DNA from: an uncultured bacterium
GTDB lineage: Bacteria > Patescibacteriota > Saccharimonadia > UBA4664
Assembly (NCBI GenBank): GCA_963720265.1
Contig: CAVRET010000002.1
Coordinates: 328,704 to 392,703 of the forward strand
Length of the DNA stretch: 64,000 nucleotides
Direction of reading: 5' to 3'
Of this stretch, positions 38,448 to 49,278 are shown piece by piece. The number at the start of each line of letters is the position of its first letter. Position 1 is the stretch's first letter. The translations under genes and the position numbers were made by a program. The notes below the pieces were generated by a model that was not told the DNA's origin, searched no databases, and worked only from the letters and a program-made list of their open reading frames with translations.

Positions 38448-39287
38448 GTGCCGCAGTCTGTCCTCATTTCATTCCGCTCCGGCCTCGGGCTGGCCGCCGG
38501 CGTGTTACTGCTGCTAGTTGCAGCCCCAGCCGCCCTCGCAAGTCTGTCTCAGGGCTATGCCACGACTAGCACCATTCCGGCCGGTAGCCTGGTTGCGCTC
38601 GATTCCAAATCCGCCGGCGTGGTCGACACTGCTACACTCGCCAACATCGGCCGGCTGTTTGGCGTTGTCGTGCCGCCCGCCTCTGCTTCGATCTCGCTTT
38701 CCGGCACCGGATCCGGCCAAGTGCAAGTCGGCACTACCGGCAGCGCCACCGTGTTTGTCACCAACGCCGCTGGCAACATTCATGTCGGCGACTACCTCAC
38801 CGTCAGCCCCATCGCGGGCGTTGCCGAGGAGGTCGGCACCGACTCCACCCGTGTCATTGGTACTGCCCAGGCCGACTTTAGCGGTACTGGCTCCGGGGTC
38901 ACCACGCAGTCCGTTACTGACGCGACCGGCCACAGCCGGACGGTCGCCGTCGGCCAAATCCCGATCCTGATCAATGTCTCAAGCTATACCTCAACCGCTG
39001 GCAAGCAACCATACGTTGTGCCCAACTGGCTGCAAAATCTTTCTAACACATTGGCCGGCAAAGCCGTGTCACCCATTCGCATCGTTATCGCTAGCCTCAT
39101 CCTGCTCGTTGCCCTCATGTGTATCACGGTGTTGCTCTACTCGGCTGTGCGTAATAGCATTATTTCCATCGGCCGCAACCCACTCTCGCGCAGTTCAGTT
39201 TTGCGAGGGCTGTTTGAGGTTGTTGCGATCGCCGGTATAATCTTGGCCGTCACCGCTGCGGCCATGTATGTGGTAATCTCCAAATGA
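38448..39287 (+). CDS. Exported beta-rich protein fused to a C-terminal ATP-synthase subunit-c-like helical hairpin (GRNP loop)
   Basis: Signal peptide (AAPAALA); GxIxVGDYLTVS..AGVA...VIGTA beta domain; TM-SIISIGRNPLS-TM; first gene of the F1-like operon. Confidence 0.7.
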   Translation: MPQSVLISFRSGLGLAAGVLLLLVAAPAALASLSQGYATTSTIPAGSLVALDSKSAGVVDTATLANIGRLFGVVVPPASASISLSGTGSGQVQVGTTGSATVFVTNAAGNIHVGDYLTVSPIAGVAEEVGTDSTRVIGTAQADFSGTGSGVTTQSVTDATGHSRTVAVGQIPILINVSSYTSTAGKQPYVVPNWLQNLSNTLAGKAVSPIRIVIASLILLVALMCITVLLYSAVRNSIISIGRNPLSRSSVLRGLFEVVAIAGIILAVTAAAMYVVISK

Positions 39288-39300
39288 ATGAGGTGAATGC

Positions 39301-39897
39301 ATGAGTGATCCGCTGTTAATAATTGCCGCCGCTATTGCCGTTGGGCTCGTTATCCTGGTGCTCCTGCAAAGCTGGCAGCTGCGAAAAGTCCAAGCCAAGC
39401 TCGCTGCAGCACAGCAAAACGGCACGCCCAAAGTTAGCCAACCCACCGCGGCCGAACTCGAATCCAAGCTAAAAAGCGCCTACGAAGGCAAAATTGTTGC
39501 AGCCACAGCCACCTTCGCTACTGATCTGGAGGCCACTTCCAAACGCCTATCTGAGCAAGTCTCTCGGCTTACTACCACAGTTATCGAAGAAGAACTCGAA
39601 GCCTACCAAAAAACCCTCGAGCAAGTTCGCTCCTCGGCTATTCAAGCCATGGACCAGATCCACCAGGCCGTCGAGCACCAGCGCACCGAACTCCGTGAAG
39701 GTATGGAAGCCGATCTAAACAAAGAAAAACAAGCCTTGGCTGACAAATTCGATGCCAAGCTCGGCGACGTCGTGGCCAGCTACATTTCCGAATCCTTAGG
39801 CTCCGGTGTCGATATCGGTGCGCAAATGCAATTTATCCTGACAAGTCTTGAAGCCCACAAGGAAGACATTAGAAAGGATCTGCTTGGTGGCTCCTAA
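39301..39897 (+). CDS. Subunit-b-like peripheral stalk protein
   Basis: Single N-terminal TM helix then long charged coiled coil; position before delta. Confidence 0.65.
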   Translation: MSDPLLIIAAAIAVGLVILVLLQSWQLRKVQAKLAAAQQNGTPKVSQPTAAELESKLKSAYEGKIVAATATFATDLEATSKRLSEQVSRLTTTVIEEELEAYQKTLEQVRSSAIQAMDQIHQAVEHQRTELREGMEADLNKEKQALADKFDAKLGDVVASYISESLGSGVDIGAQMQFILTSLEAHKEDIRKDLLGGS

Positions 39898-40387
39898 AAC
39901 ACCAAAGCGCAAGGAATTTATCCTGCCGGCCGCAGTGTACAGCCCGCAGCTGCTCGAATCGGTAATTTACGACCTGCAGGTCTACGTCGACTGGATTCGC
40001 CAAAACGAAATCCGCGCCAAAGTCGGCACCAAGCTCAAAGAAGAGCCCAATCATTCGGATGAAACCGTGCTTGTCATCGAAGCCTGGCAAAACGGTGAAG
40101 CGCCCACCATCGACTCCGTCCATGCACTGCTCGACCACCTCAAAAACATGCATCTACCCGAGGTGCACATTACCCTGGCCGCCCTCCCCAATTATGCCCA
40201 GCGCAAAACCCTGGTCGACTGGTTTCGAAATAATACCGCGCCCGAGCTGCTCGTATCCTTTGTGGCCGATCGCAACCTCGGCGGCGGCCTAGTGGTGCGC
40301 ACGCCCAACCGCGTCTTCAACTATTCCTGGAGTCAGGAGCTGGTAGCCGGCCGTGATAAGTTGGCGGAGATTGTGCGCCGTGTTTGA
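39887..40387 (+). CDS. atpH: F1-like ATPase delta/OSCP-like subunit (divergent)
   Basis: C-terminal FVADRNLGGGLVVRTPNRVFNYS resembles the OSCP VDxxLxGGxxV motif. Confidence 0.7.
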   Translation: MAPKTPKRKEFILPAAVYSPQLLESVIYDLQVYVDWIRQNEIRAKVGTKLKEEPNHSDETVLVIEAWQNGEAPTIDSVHALLDHLKNMHLPEVHITLAALPNYAQRKTLVDWFRNNTAPELLVSFVADRNLGGGLVVRTPNRVFNYSWSQELVAGRDKLAEIVRRV

Positions 40388-41930
40388 TAATCCCAAATTT
40401 GCCAAACTCGTGGCCGACGGCCGTCCCACCGGCGAAGTCGTTGGTGTCGACCGCTTCTTGGTGACAGCTGAGGGCCTGGGTGAAGTCGCGGTGAACGCGC
40501 TCATCTATTTTGATAACGGCCATCAGGGACTTGTGCGTGAAGTGCGCGAAAACGTAGTCATGATCCTCAATATGACAGCTGAGAGCATCCCGCTCGGCAC
40601 ACTGGCTGTTATTGAGGCCGAGGAAGTTGTTACCGGCGTGGGTGAGTCGCTGGTGGGTCGCGTGCTATCAGTTACCGGCCAGCCACTCGACGGTAAGGGC
40701 CCGATCACATTCTCGCGCTTCGACCCAGTGTTCAAAGTCGCCCCCGGCATCATTGAACGCAAAGCTCTCGACGAGACACTCACCACTGGTGTCGCCATCG
40801 CCGACCAGCTCTTTCCGCTCGTGAAAGGTCAGCGCATCGCTGTGCTTGGTGACAACAAAGTTGGGAAGTCGGCTTTCACCATGCAGCTCACCCTCGCGCA
40901 AAAGGGCACCGGTCGTGTCGTTATTCACGTTCTCATTTCCAAGCGCAAAGCCGACGTCGACCGCCTCATCGCCAAGCTCAATGAAACCGGCGCCATGGAA
41001 TACTGCGTTGTCGTGGTCGCCTCAGTCTTCGATTCGCTCACCCAAAGCTACCTCGCGCCCTACATTGGCGCCACCATCGCCGAGTACCTCTGGACCAACG
41101 GCAAAGATTGCGTCATTGTTTATGACGATCTGTCCAACCACGCCAAGGTTTACCGCGAACTATCGCTCTTACTCAAAGTCGCCCCCGGCCGGGCCAGCTT
41201 CCCAGGCGACATGTTCTACGCCCACTCGTCTCTGCTCGAGCGGGCCGGTCGTCTCAACTCAAACGGCGCGACCCTGGCCGCCATTCCGGTTATCCTCACC
41301 CCCAACAACGACATCACAGCCCCTTTGCCCACGGCCATCATGTCCATCACCGACGGCCAGCTCATCTTCGATTCCGAGGCCTTCCGCGCCGGCATTCGGC
41401 CGGCCGTGTCCGTCGGCCTGTCGGTCTCTCGCGTGGGTGGTGTCGGCCAAGATAAGCGCCAGAAGAAACTCACTGCCGACTTGTTCAAAAAACTTGCCAG
41501 CTATCGCCAAGCAGCCGAATTTTCGCACTTCGGTTCCGAGCTCGCCATCGAATCTCGCGCCGACCTTGAATTGGGCAAGAAGATTTACGAAGCCTTGAAG
41601 CAGCCGCCGGACACCATCTATACCGCCAACGAGCAAGATCTCATCCTGGGCGTTGTTATGAAAACTGAGGGCAAAATTACCATTAATATTGATAGCCTGA
41701 AGCGCAAGGCCAAAGAGATCGCACCGTCCATGAAGCCGGATTCCGACTGGGAGGGCATGGTCACCAAGCTGTTGGCCGAAGTGACGGTACAGGCGCCGAC
41801 TGCTCCTGCTCCAGCCCCTGGTGCCAACCCACCCGGTGCCGGCGCGTCTCCGGGCCCAACCCAAACCCAGGGCGGCCTACCGGCTGCTCAGCCCTCGGCC
41901 CCCGCCCCCGCAGCCGAGGCTAAAAAGTGA
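40380..41930 (+). CDS. atpA: F1-like ATPase alpha subunit (divergent)
   Basis: KGQRI, GDNKVGKS, YDDLSNHA..YRELSLLL, FPGDMFYAHSSLLERAG, SITDGQ, SVSRVG, FSHFGSEL; Pro/Ala tail. Confidence 0.92.
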   Translation: MFDNPKFAKLVADGRPTGEVVGVDRFLVTAEGLGEVAVNALIYFDNGHQGLVREVRENVVMILNMTAESIPLGTLAVIEAEEVVTGVGESLVGRVLSVTGQPLDGKGPITFSRFDPVFKVAPGIIERKALDETLTTGVAIADQLFPLVKGQRIAVLGDNKVGKSAFTMQLTLAQKGTGRVVIHVLISKRKADVDRLIAKLNETGAMEYCVVVVASVFDSLTQSYLAPYIGATIAEYLWTNGKDCVIVYDDLSNHAKVYRELSLLLKVAPGRASFPGDMFYAHSSLLERAGRLNSNGATLAAIPVILTPNNDITAPLPTAIMSITDGQLIFDSEAFRAGIRPAVSVGLSVSRVGGVGQDKRQKKLTADLFKKLASYRQAAEFSHFGSELAIESRADLELGKKIYEALKQPPDTIYTANEQDLILGVVMKTEGKITINIDSLKRKAKEIAPSMKPDSDWEGMVTKLLAEVTVQAPTAPAPAPGANPPGAGASPGPTQTQGGLPAAQPSAPAPAAEAKK

Positions 41931-42787
41931 GTTCCCAAGCCTTAGGCATTGAAAAAGAGGCCAGTCAGGTTGGCACCGTCCATGAACTAACCGGCATTTT
42001 CGAATCCATTGCCTCCATGCGCATTGGCAAAATTAAAGACCGCGTCAATCGCAGCCAACTGTTTTTCGTTGAGCTTTGGCAGATTTATACGCAGCTGCGC
42101 GTCGACCCGACCGAACGCCTAATCGGGAAAAACGGTCCCAAACGCGACAAAGACAATGCCTTCCTGGTGCTCACGTCCGAAGGCGGCTTATCCGGCGACA
42201 TCGACCAGCGCATTGTCCAAACTGTTATACAAAGTTTCGACCCCAAAACCACCGACCTCATTGTCATCGGCGCCCACGGTGCCACGCAATTCGTCCAAAA
42301 CCATGTCAAGATTAAGCGCTACTTTCGTCTGCCTGACATCGATCAGGCCATCGACGTCTCGCCCATTATCGATGAGCTCCTTGGCTACAAGAAGCCCACC
42401 GTGTGGTTTCAACGCTACGTTTCACTCTCCGTCCAAGAAGTCGGCCACCTCGACCTCATCGGCCGCGTACAAGCGCTTGGCACCAATGCCGCCGGCGCCG
42501 GCCAGGGTGAGATCATTTCTCCGCGCGAGTACCTCTTTGAGCCGAGTGTCGATGACGTCGTGCGCTACCTCGAATCCGTCATGATGGAAATCGCGCTCTC
42601 GCAGGTCATCATGGAGTCGCGCCTTGCCCAATACGCCTCGCGTTTCACCGCCATGAGCTCGGCCAAAAAGCGCGCCAAAGAGCTCCAAACCCTCCTCCTT
42701 ATGAACTACAACCGTGCCAAGCGCGGGGAGGCCGACGACCGCATCAAGGAAATCGTCAATGCCATGAATGCACTCGGCGTGGGGTAG
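41927..42787 (+). CDS. atpG: F1-like ATPase gamma subunit (divergent)
   Basis: TSEGGLSG, YLFEPS, ASRFTAMSSA, YNRAKR. Confidence 0.88.
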   Translation: MSSQALGIEKEASQVGTVHELTGIFESIASMRIGKIKDRVNRSQLFFVELWQIYTQLRVDPTERLIGKNGPKRDKDNAFLVLTSEGGLSGDIDQRIVQTVIQSFDPKTTDLIVIGAHGATQFVQNHVKIKRYFRLPDIDQAIDVSPIIDELLGYKKPTVWFQRYVSLSVQEVGHLDLIGRVQALGTNAAGAGQGEIISPREYLFEPSVDDVVRYLESVMMEIALSQVIMESRLAQYASRFTAMSSAKKRAKELQTLLLMNYNRAKRGEADDRIKEIVNAMNALGVG

Positions 42788-42803
42788 CTCTAAAATAATT
42801 CCG

Positions 42804-43319
42804 CTAATTCCGTGATTGGGGACGAAGGGCAAGCCGCACCTTCGCCCCCAATCGGATTAACACATCGGTCGCGGGTTCATCAGTTTCGGTATCACCAGCC
42901 GCGCGACGCAGAAATTCAGTTGCGTGCGCGATGCTGCGCAGGCCCCTCCACAGCCCCCGGTCGGCCCGCACATATTCCTTCCGAAAACCCTCAAGGATCC
43001 AGGCTGGTAGGTCGATGAAGATGCCGCGAGCCCTCATTACTTGGGCGAGGCTGGAGAGCTCGCTGTTGATCCGGTCGACCGCGCTCTGGTCTTGCTTCAC
43101 TAGATTGGCGAGCCGTTGCCAGATCTCGTCTCGCTGTCCGATCCCCCAGTCAACGAACATAACCACGAGCACAGCGGCCCGCAACCTAACGCCGTCGTCC
43201 GGAGGGTTATCGAAGATACGCTTCAACTCCTTCAAGATAAACGTCAGCCCGTCCTGATCGCTCAATATCTCTTGAGCGCGTTCGGAGACACCCCGGGTCT
43301 CAATGTTCGGTTCCGGCAC
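42804..43319 (-). CDS. Hypothetical protein inserted antisense between atpG and atpD
   Basis: GGAGGG SD before GTG 43319; helical protein with no recognisable motif. Confidence 0.55.
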   Translation of the reverse strand: MPEPNIETRGVSERAQEILSDQDGLTFILKELKRIFDNPPDDGVRLRAAVLVVMFVDWGIGQRDEIWQRLANLVKQDQSAVDRINSELSSLAQVMRARGIFIDLPAWILEGFRKEYVRADRGLWRGLRSIAHATEFLRRAAGDTETDEPATDVLIRLGAKVRLALRPQSRN

Positions 43320-43673
43320 AAACCCTCCACATGTCAATCGGCGCCTGCCGAGCCGCTAGATATAACGTCTGTTATATCAGATAACAGACTGTCACGGCAA
43401 CGACGCCCGCCAGTTACATTCTTCCGGCCGTACCGCTCGCCCACAGTGCAGGCATGGTCGGCGCGGTAACTTCCTGCGAGCAGATGGCCGAAACCGAGGC
43501 CACGGAGGCAGCCATGTTCCGTCGGTTGCCCTGAGGTAGACTCCGCTGTACCAACCCCGGCCCTGGCGCTTGACGCGCCTGGCCGGATCTGCCCCGAGTT
43601 TTGAATCTTGCTTTCTCGAATCTCAAGGTAGGCCCAAACGCTTTATCGTGTAGAATATAAACATTAGCGCTAA

Positions 43674-45140
<1,467 letters not shown>

Positions 45141-45150
45141 GTCACGAACT

Positions 45151-45408
45151 ATGGATAAAAACGTTAAACGCTTCAAGGTCAAAATCTTCAGCCCTTACCA
45201 GACCTACTACGAGGGTGATGCTGTCAGTCTCAGCGCCCAAAACCGCACCGGCCCATTCGACATCCTGCCCGGCCATATCAATTTCTTCTCCCTCCTGACC
45301 GGCGGCATCGTGGTGCTCAACACCGGCTTCCAGCGTCTCGAGTTTCAAATTGCCCGCGGCATCCTCCGCGTCAACCGCGACGATGTCACCCTTTTCGCCG
45401 ACGTTTAG
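45151..45408 (+). CDS. atpC: F1-like ATPase epsilon subunit, N-terminal beta-sandwich only
   Basis: IFSPY..YYEG, GPFDILPGH; ends at 85 aa without the C-terminal helices. Confidence 0.85.
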   Translation: MDKNVKRFKVKIFSPYQTYYEGDAVSLSAQNRTGPFDILPGHINFFSLLTGGIVVLNTGFQRLEFQIARGILRVNRDDVTLFADV

Positions 45409-45551
45409 CCGCTTGGAAAAAATTCCGCTACGACGAGTCCTTGCCTTAAAAGTAAAAATTTTGGCCTCATTTGGCCACTTCAAGATGGAAAGTTGTTGAC
45501 AACAGATATAGCATAAGCATAATAACAGATATAAACATAAAAGGAATCCGT

Positions 45552-45773
45552 ATGGCATATTCCCAAACCAACTCTAAAGGTCAGCAGTATTATCTGCACA
45601 TGAAAGATGTCACGCTTAAAGGCGGCCGCTTGCAGCGCATCTACTTCTTTGCCCGCGACGTCCGCGACGGCGCTGTTGAAGAGATGCCGGCCGGCTACAT
45701 GTCGGTTGAGAATCCGCGCACCGGCCTGCTCGTGCTCAAGAAGACCGCTCCCAAAAGCGCCGCCGCCGCCTAG
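45552..45773 (+). CDS. Small conserved hypothetical protein
   Basis: NSKGQQYYLH...IYFFAR...ENPRTGLLVLKK; own TTGACA/CATAAT promoter and AAGGA SD. Confidence 0.8.
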   Translation: MAYSQTNSKGQQYYLHMKDVTLKGGRLQRIYFFARDVRDGAVEEMPAGYMSVENPRTGLLVLKKTAPKSAAAA

Positions 45774-45809
45774 GCAAGCGTAAGCCCGGTATGCTAAAGT
45801 GAGCGCGGT

Positions 45810-46571
45810 ATGTCCGCGACTCTGCTTGAAGTACACAATCTAAAAAAGCGCTACGACGACGGCTTTGAGGCTGTCAAGGGTGTAAGCTTCGCGGTCAGCA
45901 AAGGTGAGGTGTTCGGCATTCTCGGTCCCAACGGCGCCGGCAAAACCACCACCCTGGAGATGATCGAGGGCTTACGCACCATCACCGACGGCCACGCGCT
46001 CATCGACGGCCTCGACGTCTCCCGCGACCCGTTTGCTGTCAAAGAGCGCATCGGCATCCAGCTCCAAGCCTCGGCCTTTTTCCCCAACCTCAAGCTGGTT
46101 GAATTGCTCCAACTCTTCAACGACCTTTATGCCGATTCCTCAGACCCTATGGAGCTCTTGCGCGAAGTCGAGCTGGAAGAAAAAGCCGGCGCCGCCGTCA
46201 AAGAACTATCCGGCGGCCAAGCTCAGCGCTTTAGTATTGCCACCACCTTGGTCAATAACCCGGTCTGCATTTTCCTCGACGAGCCCACCACCGGCCTTGA
46301 TCCTCAGGCACGCCGCAACCTCTGGGACCTCGTCCGCCACATTAAGGAAAAAGGCACTACCATTATCCTCACCACCCACTACATGGAAGAGGCACAGGTG
46401 TTGTGCGACCGCGTTGCGATTATGGACGAGGGCAAAATCATTGCCCTCGATACCCCGGACAAGCTCATTACCCAGCTCCTGGGCCGCGGCTTCAAGCCTC
46501 ATACCAAGGTCCAGGCCGCCACACTCGAAGACGTCTTTATTGATCTCACCGGCAAGGAACTGAGGGATTAG
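45810..46571 (+). CDS. ABC-2 (DrrA-like) exporter ATPase
   Basis: GPNGAGKTT, LSGGQ, LDEPTTGLDP, TTHYMEEA. Confidence 0.93.
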   Translation: MSATLLEVHNLKKRYDDGFEAVKGVSFAVSKGEVFGILGPNGAGKTTTLEMIEGLRTITDGHALIDGLDVSRDPFAVKERIGIQLQASAFFPNLKLVELLQLFNDLYADSSDPMELLREVELEEKAGAAVKELSGGQAQRFSIATTLVNNPVCIFLDEPTTGLDPQARRNLWDLVRHIKEKGTTIILTTHYMEEAQVLCDRVAIMDEGKIIALDTPDKLITQLLGRGFKPHTKVQAATLEDVFIDLTGKELRD

Positions 46572-46572
46572 C

Positions 46573-47808
46573 ATGCATTTTTCCACTAACCTCATCTGGA
46601 TTGTCGTGGCCGCCCTCGTCATCGTCCGCATCGGCTGGCGCTTGATGTACCGCGGCTCGGCCGGCAAGCCCACCGGCCAAACCAAATCTCGCCACCGCCT
46701 CATCAAGAGCCGCCGCTGGGTAGCCTTCCGTGCCCTCAGCGTTGCCTCCATGAAGATGTACTTCCGCAACCGTACGGCGCTGTTCTTCTCGCTCTTTTTC
46801 CCGATTGTCTTCATCGGCATTTTTGGCTTCATATTCAAAAATAGCTCGGCTTCATTCAAGATCGACCTGGTCAACCAGTCGCAGACTGAGTTGTCCCAAC
46901 AATTCGTCACCGCCATTGGTAAAGTACCGGCCTTTAAAATTAAGCACGTGTCAGAATCAGACGCCGCTACCGATCTCAACAAAAACAACGCTGATCTCGT
47001 CGTCATCATTCCGTCCGACTTTGGGCGAACCGGCAAGCATGACCAGCTTATGCCGTCCCAAATCATTGCTCATTACAACAAAGCCAATCCACAAAACGGC
47101 CAGGCGGCTGCCCAAATCATCCAACAACTGGCTGGCAGCTTTAACGACACGATCACCCGCGAGCCTAAAATCATTACACTCGATGCTACCGGTGTCACCA
47201 CCAAGAACCTCAGCTACATTGATTTCCTGCTGCCCGGCATGGTTGGCCTCTCCATCATGCAGCTTGGCATCTTCAGCGTTGCTTTTAGCTTTGTATCGTA
47301 TAAAACCACCGGTGTCTTACGGCGCTTACAGGCCACGCCCGTACACCCCTCCGACTTCCTGACTGCCCAAGCCGTCACCCGCCTCATTGTAGCTGTGCTC
47401 CAAACTACGCTCCTCGCCGGTATGGGTGTACTACTCTTTGGCTTCCATCTTAGTTACGGCAGCTGGCCCACCTTCCTGGTGTTAGCACTCTTGGGCTCGG
47501 CCATATTCCAGGCTTTCGGCTTTGCGATCGCCGGTTGGGCCAAAAACGAGGACCAAGCTCAGCCTGTGGCTCAGCTCATTCAGTTCCCCATGATGTTCCT
47601 GTCCGGCACCTTTTTCCCACGCGACAGCTTCCCGCACCTGCTCCAAATTCTCACCGCCTACCTCCCGCTAACCTTCCTTACCGACGCGTTGCGCCAGGTT
47701 GCCAACAACGGCGCCACACTCATGGACGTCCGCGCCGACCTGCTCGGCCTCATCGTGTGGGGAATTGTGGTCGGCTTCATCGCAGTGCGCGTCTTCAGCT
47801 GGGAATAG
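46573..47808 (+). CDS. ABC-2 exporter permease
   Basis: YIDFLLPG, GVLRRL, FPMMFLSGTFFP. Confidence 0.9.
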   Translation: MHFSTNLIWIVVAALVIVRIGWRLMYRGSAGKPTGQTKSRHRLIKSRRWVAFRALSVASMKMYFRNRTALFFSLFFPIVFIGIFGFIFKNSSASFKIDLVNQSQTELSQQFVTAIGKVPAFKIKHVSESDAATDLNKNNADLVVIIPSDFGRTGKHDQLMPSQIIAHYNKANPQNGQAAAQIIQQLAGSFNDTITREPKIITLDATGVTTKNLSYIDFLLPGMVGLSIMQLGIFSVAFSFVSYKTTGVLRRLQATPVHPSDFLTAQAVTRLIVAVLQTTLLAGMGVLLFGFHLSYGSWPTFLVLALLGSAIFQAFGFAIAGWAKNEDQAQPVAQLIQFPMMFLSGTFFPRDSFPHLLQILTAYLPLTFLTDALRQVANNGATLMDVRADLLGLIVWGIVVGFIAVRVFSWE

Positions 47809-48536
47809 CCCCGCCTAGAACAATCCGGGCCCTCAAACAGCAGCTCGGGTTGCCAGTGCTTAAGGGCCACGTTAATCGCAACCGATGGTTGTAAGGGCAT
47901 TGGCGCCAGATTGGTACCGGAAATTGCTACGGGTATGCCAGCAGGTGCCCCGACGACATTGGCATACACTCTAAAAATGGGCTGTGTCACGCCCTTAAAC
48001 GGCCGCCACACGAGTCCGTTCGGATAATGCGACGGATCGCCATGAGTTAGGCCCGGTCCAGGCTGGTTGACAAATGCGAACAGCCACTCCACCCTCACCC
48101 CTGGAGCAGCCCCCCAACGGATGAGGTAACTGCCATCACTGCGCCTCGGGCTCACCGTGATCCACAGTTCGTTGCTCGTTGCCACGGTAAACCCGTTCCG
48201 GCCGTTGCTCGTTGTTGTTTCAGTGGCGATCTCCATACTGCCGCTCTGAGGGTCGGTCAACACGTAGCCCGACAGGTTAGAGCAGGGGATAGGCACCGGT
48301 CGGTTGGTTATATTGAGGCCGCCCTCGTACCACTGACCATCCCGCTCAGTAACGGCACACACACCGGTATAAGCATCTGGCGCCACGGACATAATGGCGG
48401 CAAAATTCGGGCGGCCAGAGTGTTGTGTCGCTCTTACTGTGAACGCTCCCAGCGCTCCCAGCGCCATCGCGACGACACCCACCAGCACCAAAAACCGGTA
48501 TTGCGGCCACCAGCGCGGTCGCCATCTTCGGTCCAT
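47658..48536 (-). CDS. Hypothetical membrane-anchored/secreted protein; its 3' end overlaps the permease
   Basis: GAGGTG SD, N-terminal TM helix, beta-rich body; the last ~50 codons overlap the permease antisense and may be a read-through extension. Confidence 0.5.
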   Translation of the reverse strand: MDRRWRPRWWPQYRFLVLVGVVAMALGALGAFTVRATQHSGRPNFAAIMSVAPDAYTGVCAVTERDGQWYEGGLNITNRPVPIPCSNLSGYVLTDPQSGSMEIATETTTSNGRNGFTVATSNELWITVSPRRSDGSYLIRWGAAPGVRVEWLFAFVNQPGPGLTHGDPSHYPNGLVWRPFKGVTQPIFRVYANVVGAPAGIPVAISGTNLAPMPLQPSVAINVALKHWQPELLFEGPDCSRRGYSQLKTRTAMKPTTIPHTMRPSRSARTSMSVAPLLATWRNASVRKVSGR

Positions 48537-48645
48537 CCAGCCACCTCACTTGGGAAAGAGCGGTTCGCTTGCTACAATCCTAGCACAAACTCAGTTTGAA
48601 TCTGGTAAAGTAGCAATAACTGTTTATTAAGGAGTGTCTACGCCA

Positions 48646-49278
48646 ATGTCGCGTGAAACGAAAATATTGATCGGTGTCCTGGTGGTTGTCGTGGGCGGCA
48701 TGATCGGACTATTTGCCTTGGCTAACAAGAGTACTCCGGGGCCTAAGGGCTCCAAAACTGTCGTTCGTACCACCAGCCATAAAGAGGGGAATGGTCCGGT
48801 ACAAATGGTTGAGTTTGGCGACTACCAGTGCCCAGCTTGCGGCGCCGCCTATCCCAACATTCAAGAGCTACTCCAAAATTATGGTAGTCACATCACGTTC
48901 TATTTCCGCAACTTCCCGCTCACCCAGCTTCACCCCAACGCCATGGCCGGCGCCGAAGCCGCCGAGGCGGCCGCGCTGCAAGGCAAATTCTGGCAAATGC
49001 ATAACCAGCTCTACCAGACCCAAAACCAATGGGCCGACCTGCCCGATCCTACTCAAACCTTCGTTGGCTTTGCAAAGGCCCTCGGCCTCAACACCACTCA
49101 ATTCCAGTCTGATATGAGCGGAACGCAAGTCCAAAACACGATCAAACAAGACATGGCCGACGGCAACGCGTTAGGCATTGATGCTACACCTACGATTTAC
49201 TTCAACGGTCAGCAATTCACCGGCGGCTACAGCTACGCAGCCCTCTCCAAGGAGGTCCAATCGCTCTTAAGTAAGTAA
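48646..49278 (+). CDS. dsbA: DsbA-like thioredoxin-fold disulfide oxidoreductase
   Basis: EFGDYQCPAC, FRNFPL..LHPNA, QGKFWQMH, ATPT cis-Pro loop. Confidence 0.9.
   Translation: MSRETKILIGVLVVVVGGMIGLFALANKSTPGPKGSKTVVRTTSHKEGNGPVQMVEFGDYQCPACGAAYPNIQELLQNYGSHITFYFRNFPLTQLHPNAMAGAEAAEAAALQGKFWQMHNQLYQTQNQWADLPDPTQTFVGFAKALGLNTTQFQSDMSGTQVQNTIKQDMADGNALGIDATPTIYFNGQQFTGGYSYAALSKEVQSLLSK

Noticed and set aside
43395-43620. Minus-strand frame with PCLHCG zinc-finger-like motif, or a hammerhead-like core
   Set aside because: No start codon or RBS for the frame and no CUGAnGA core; cannot be supported
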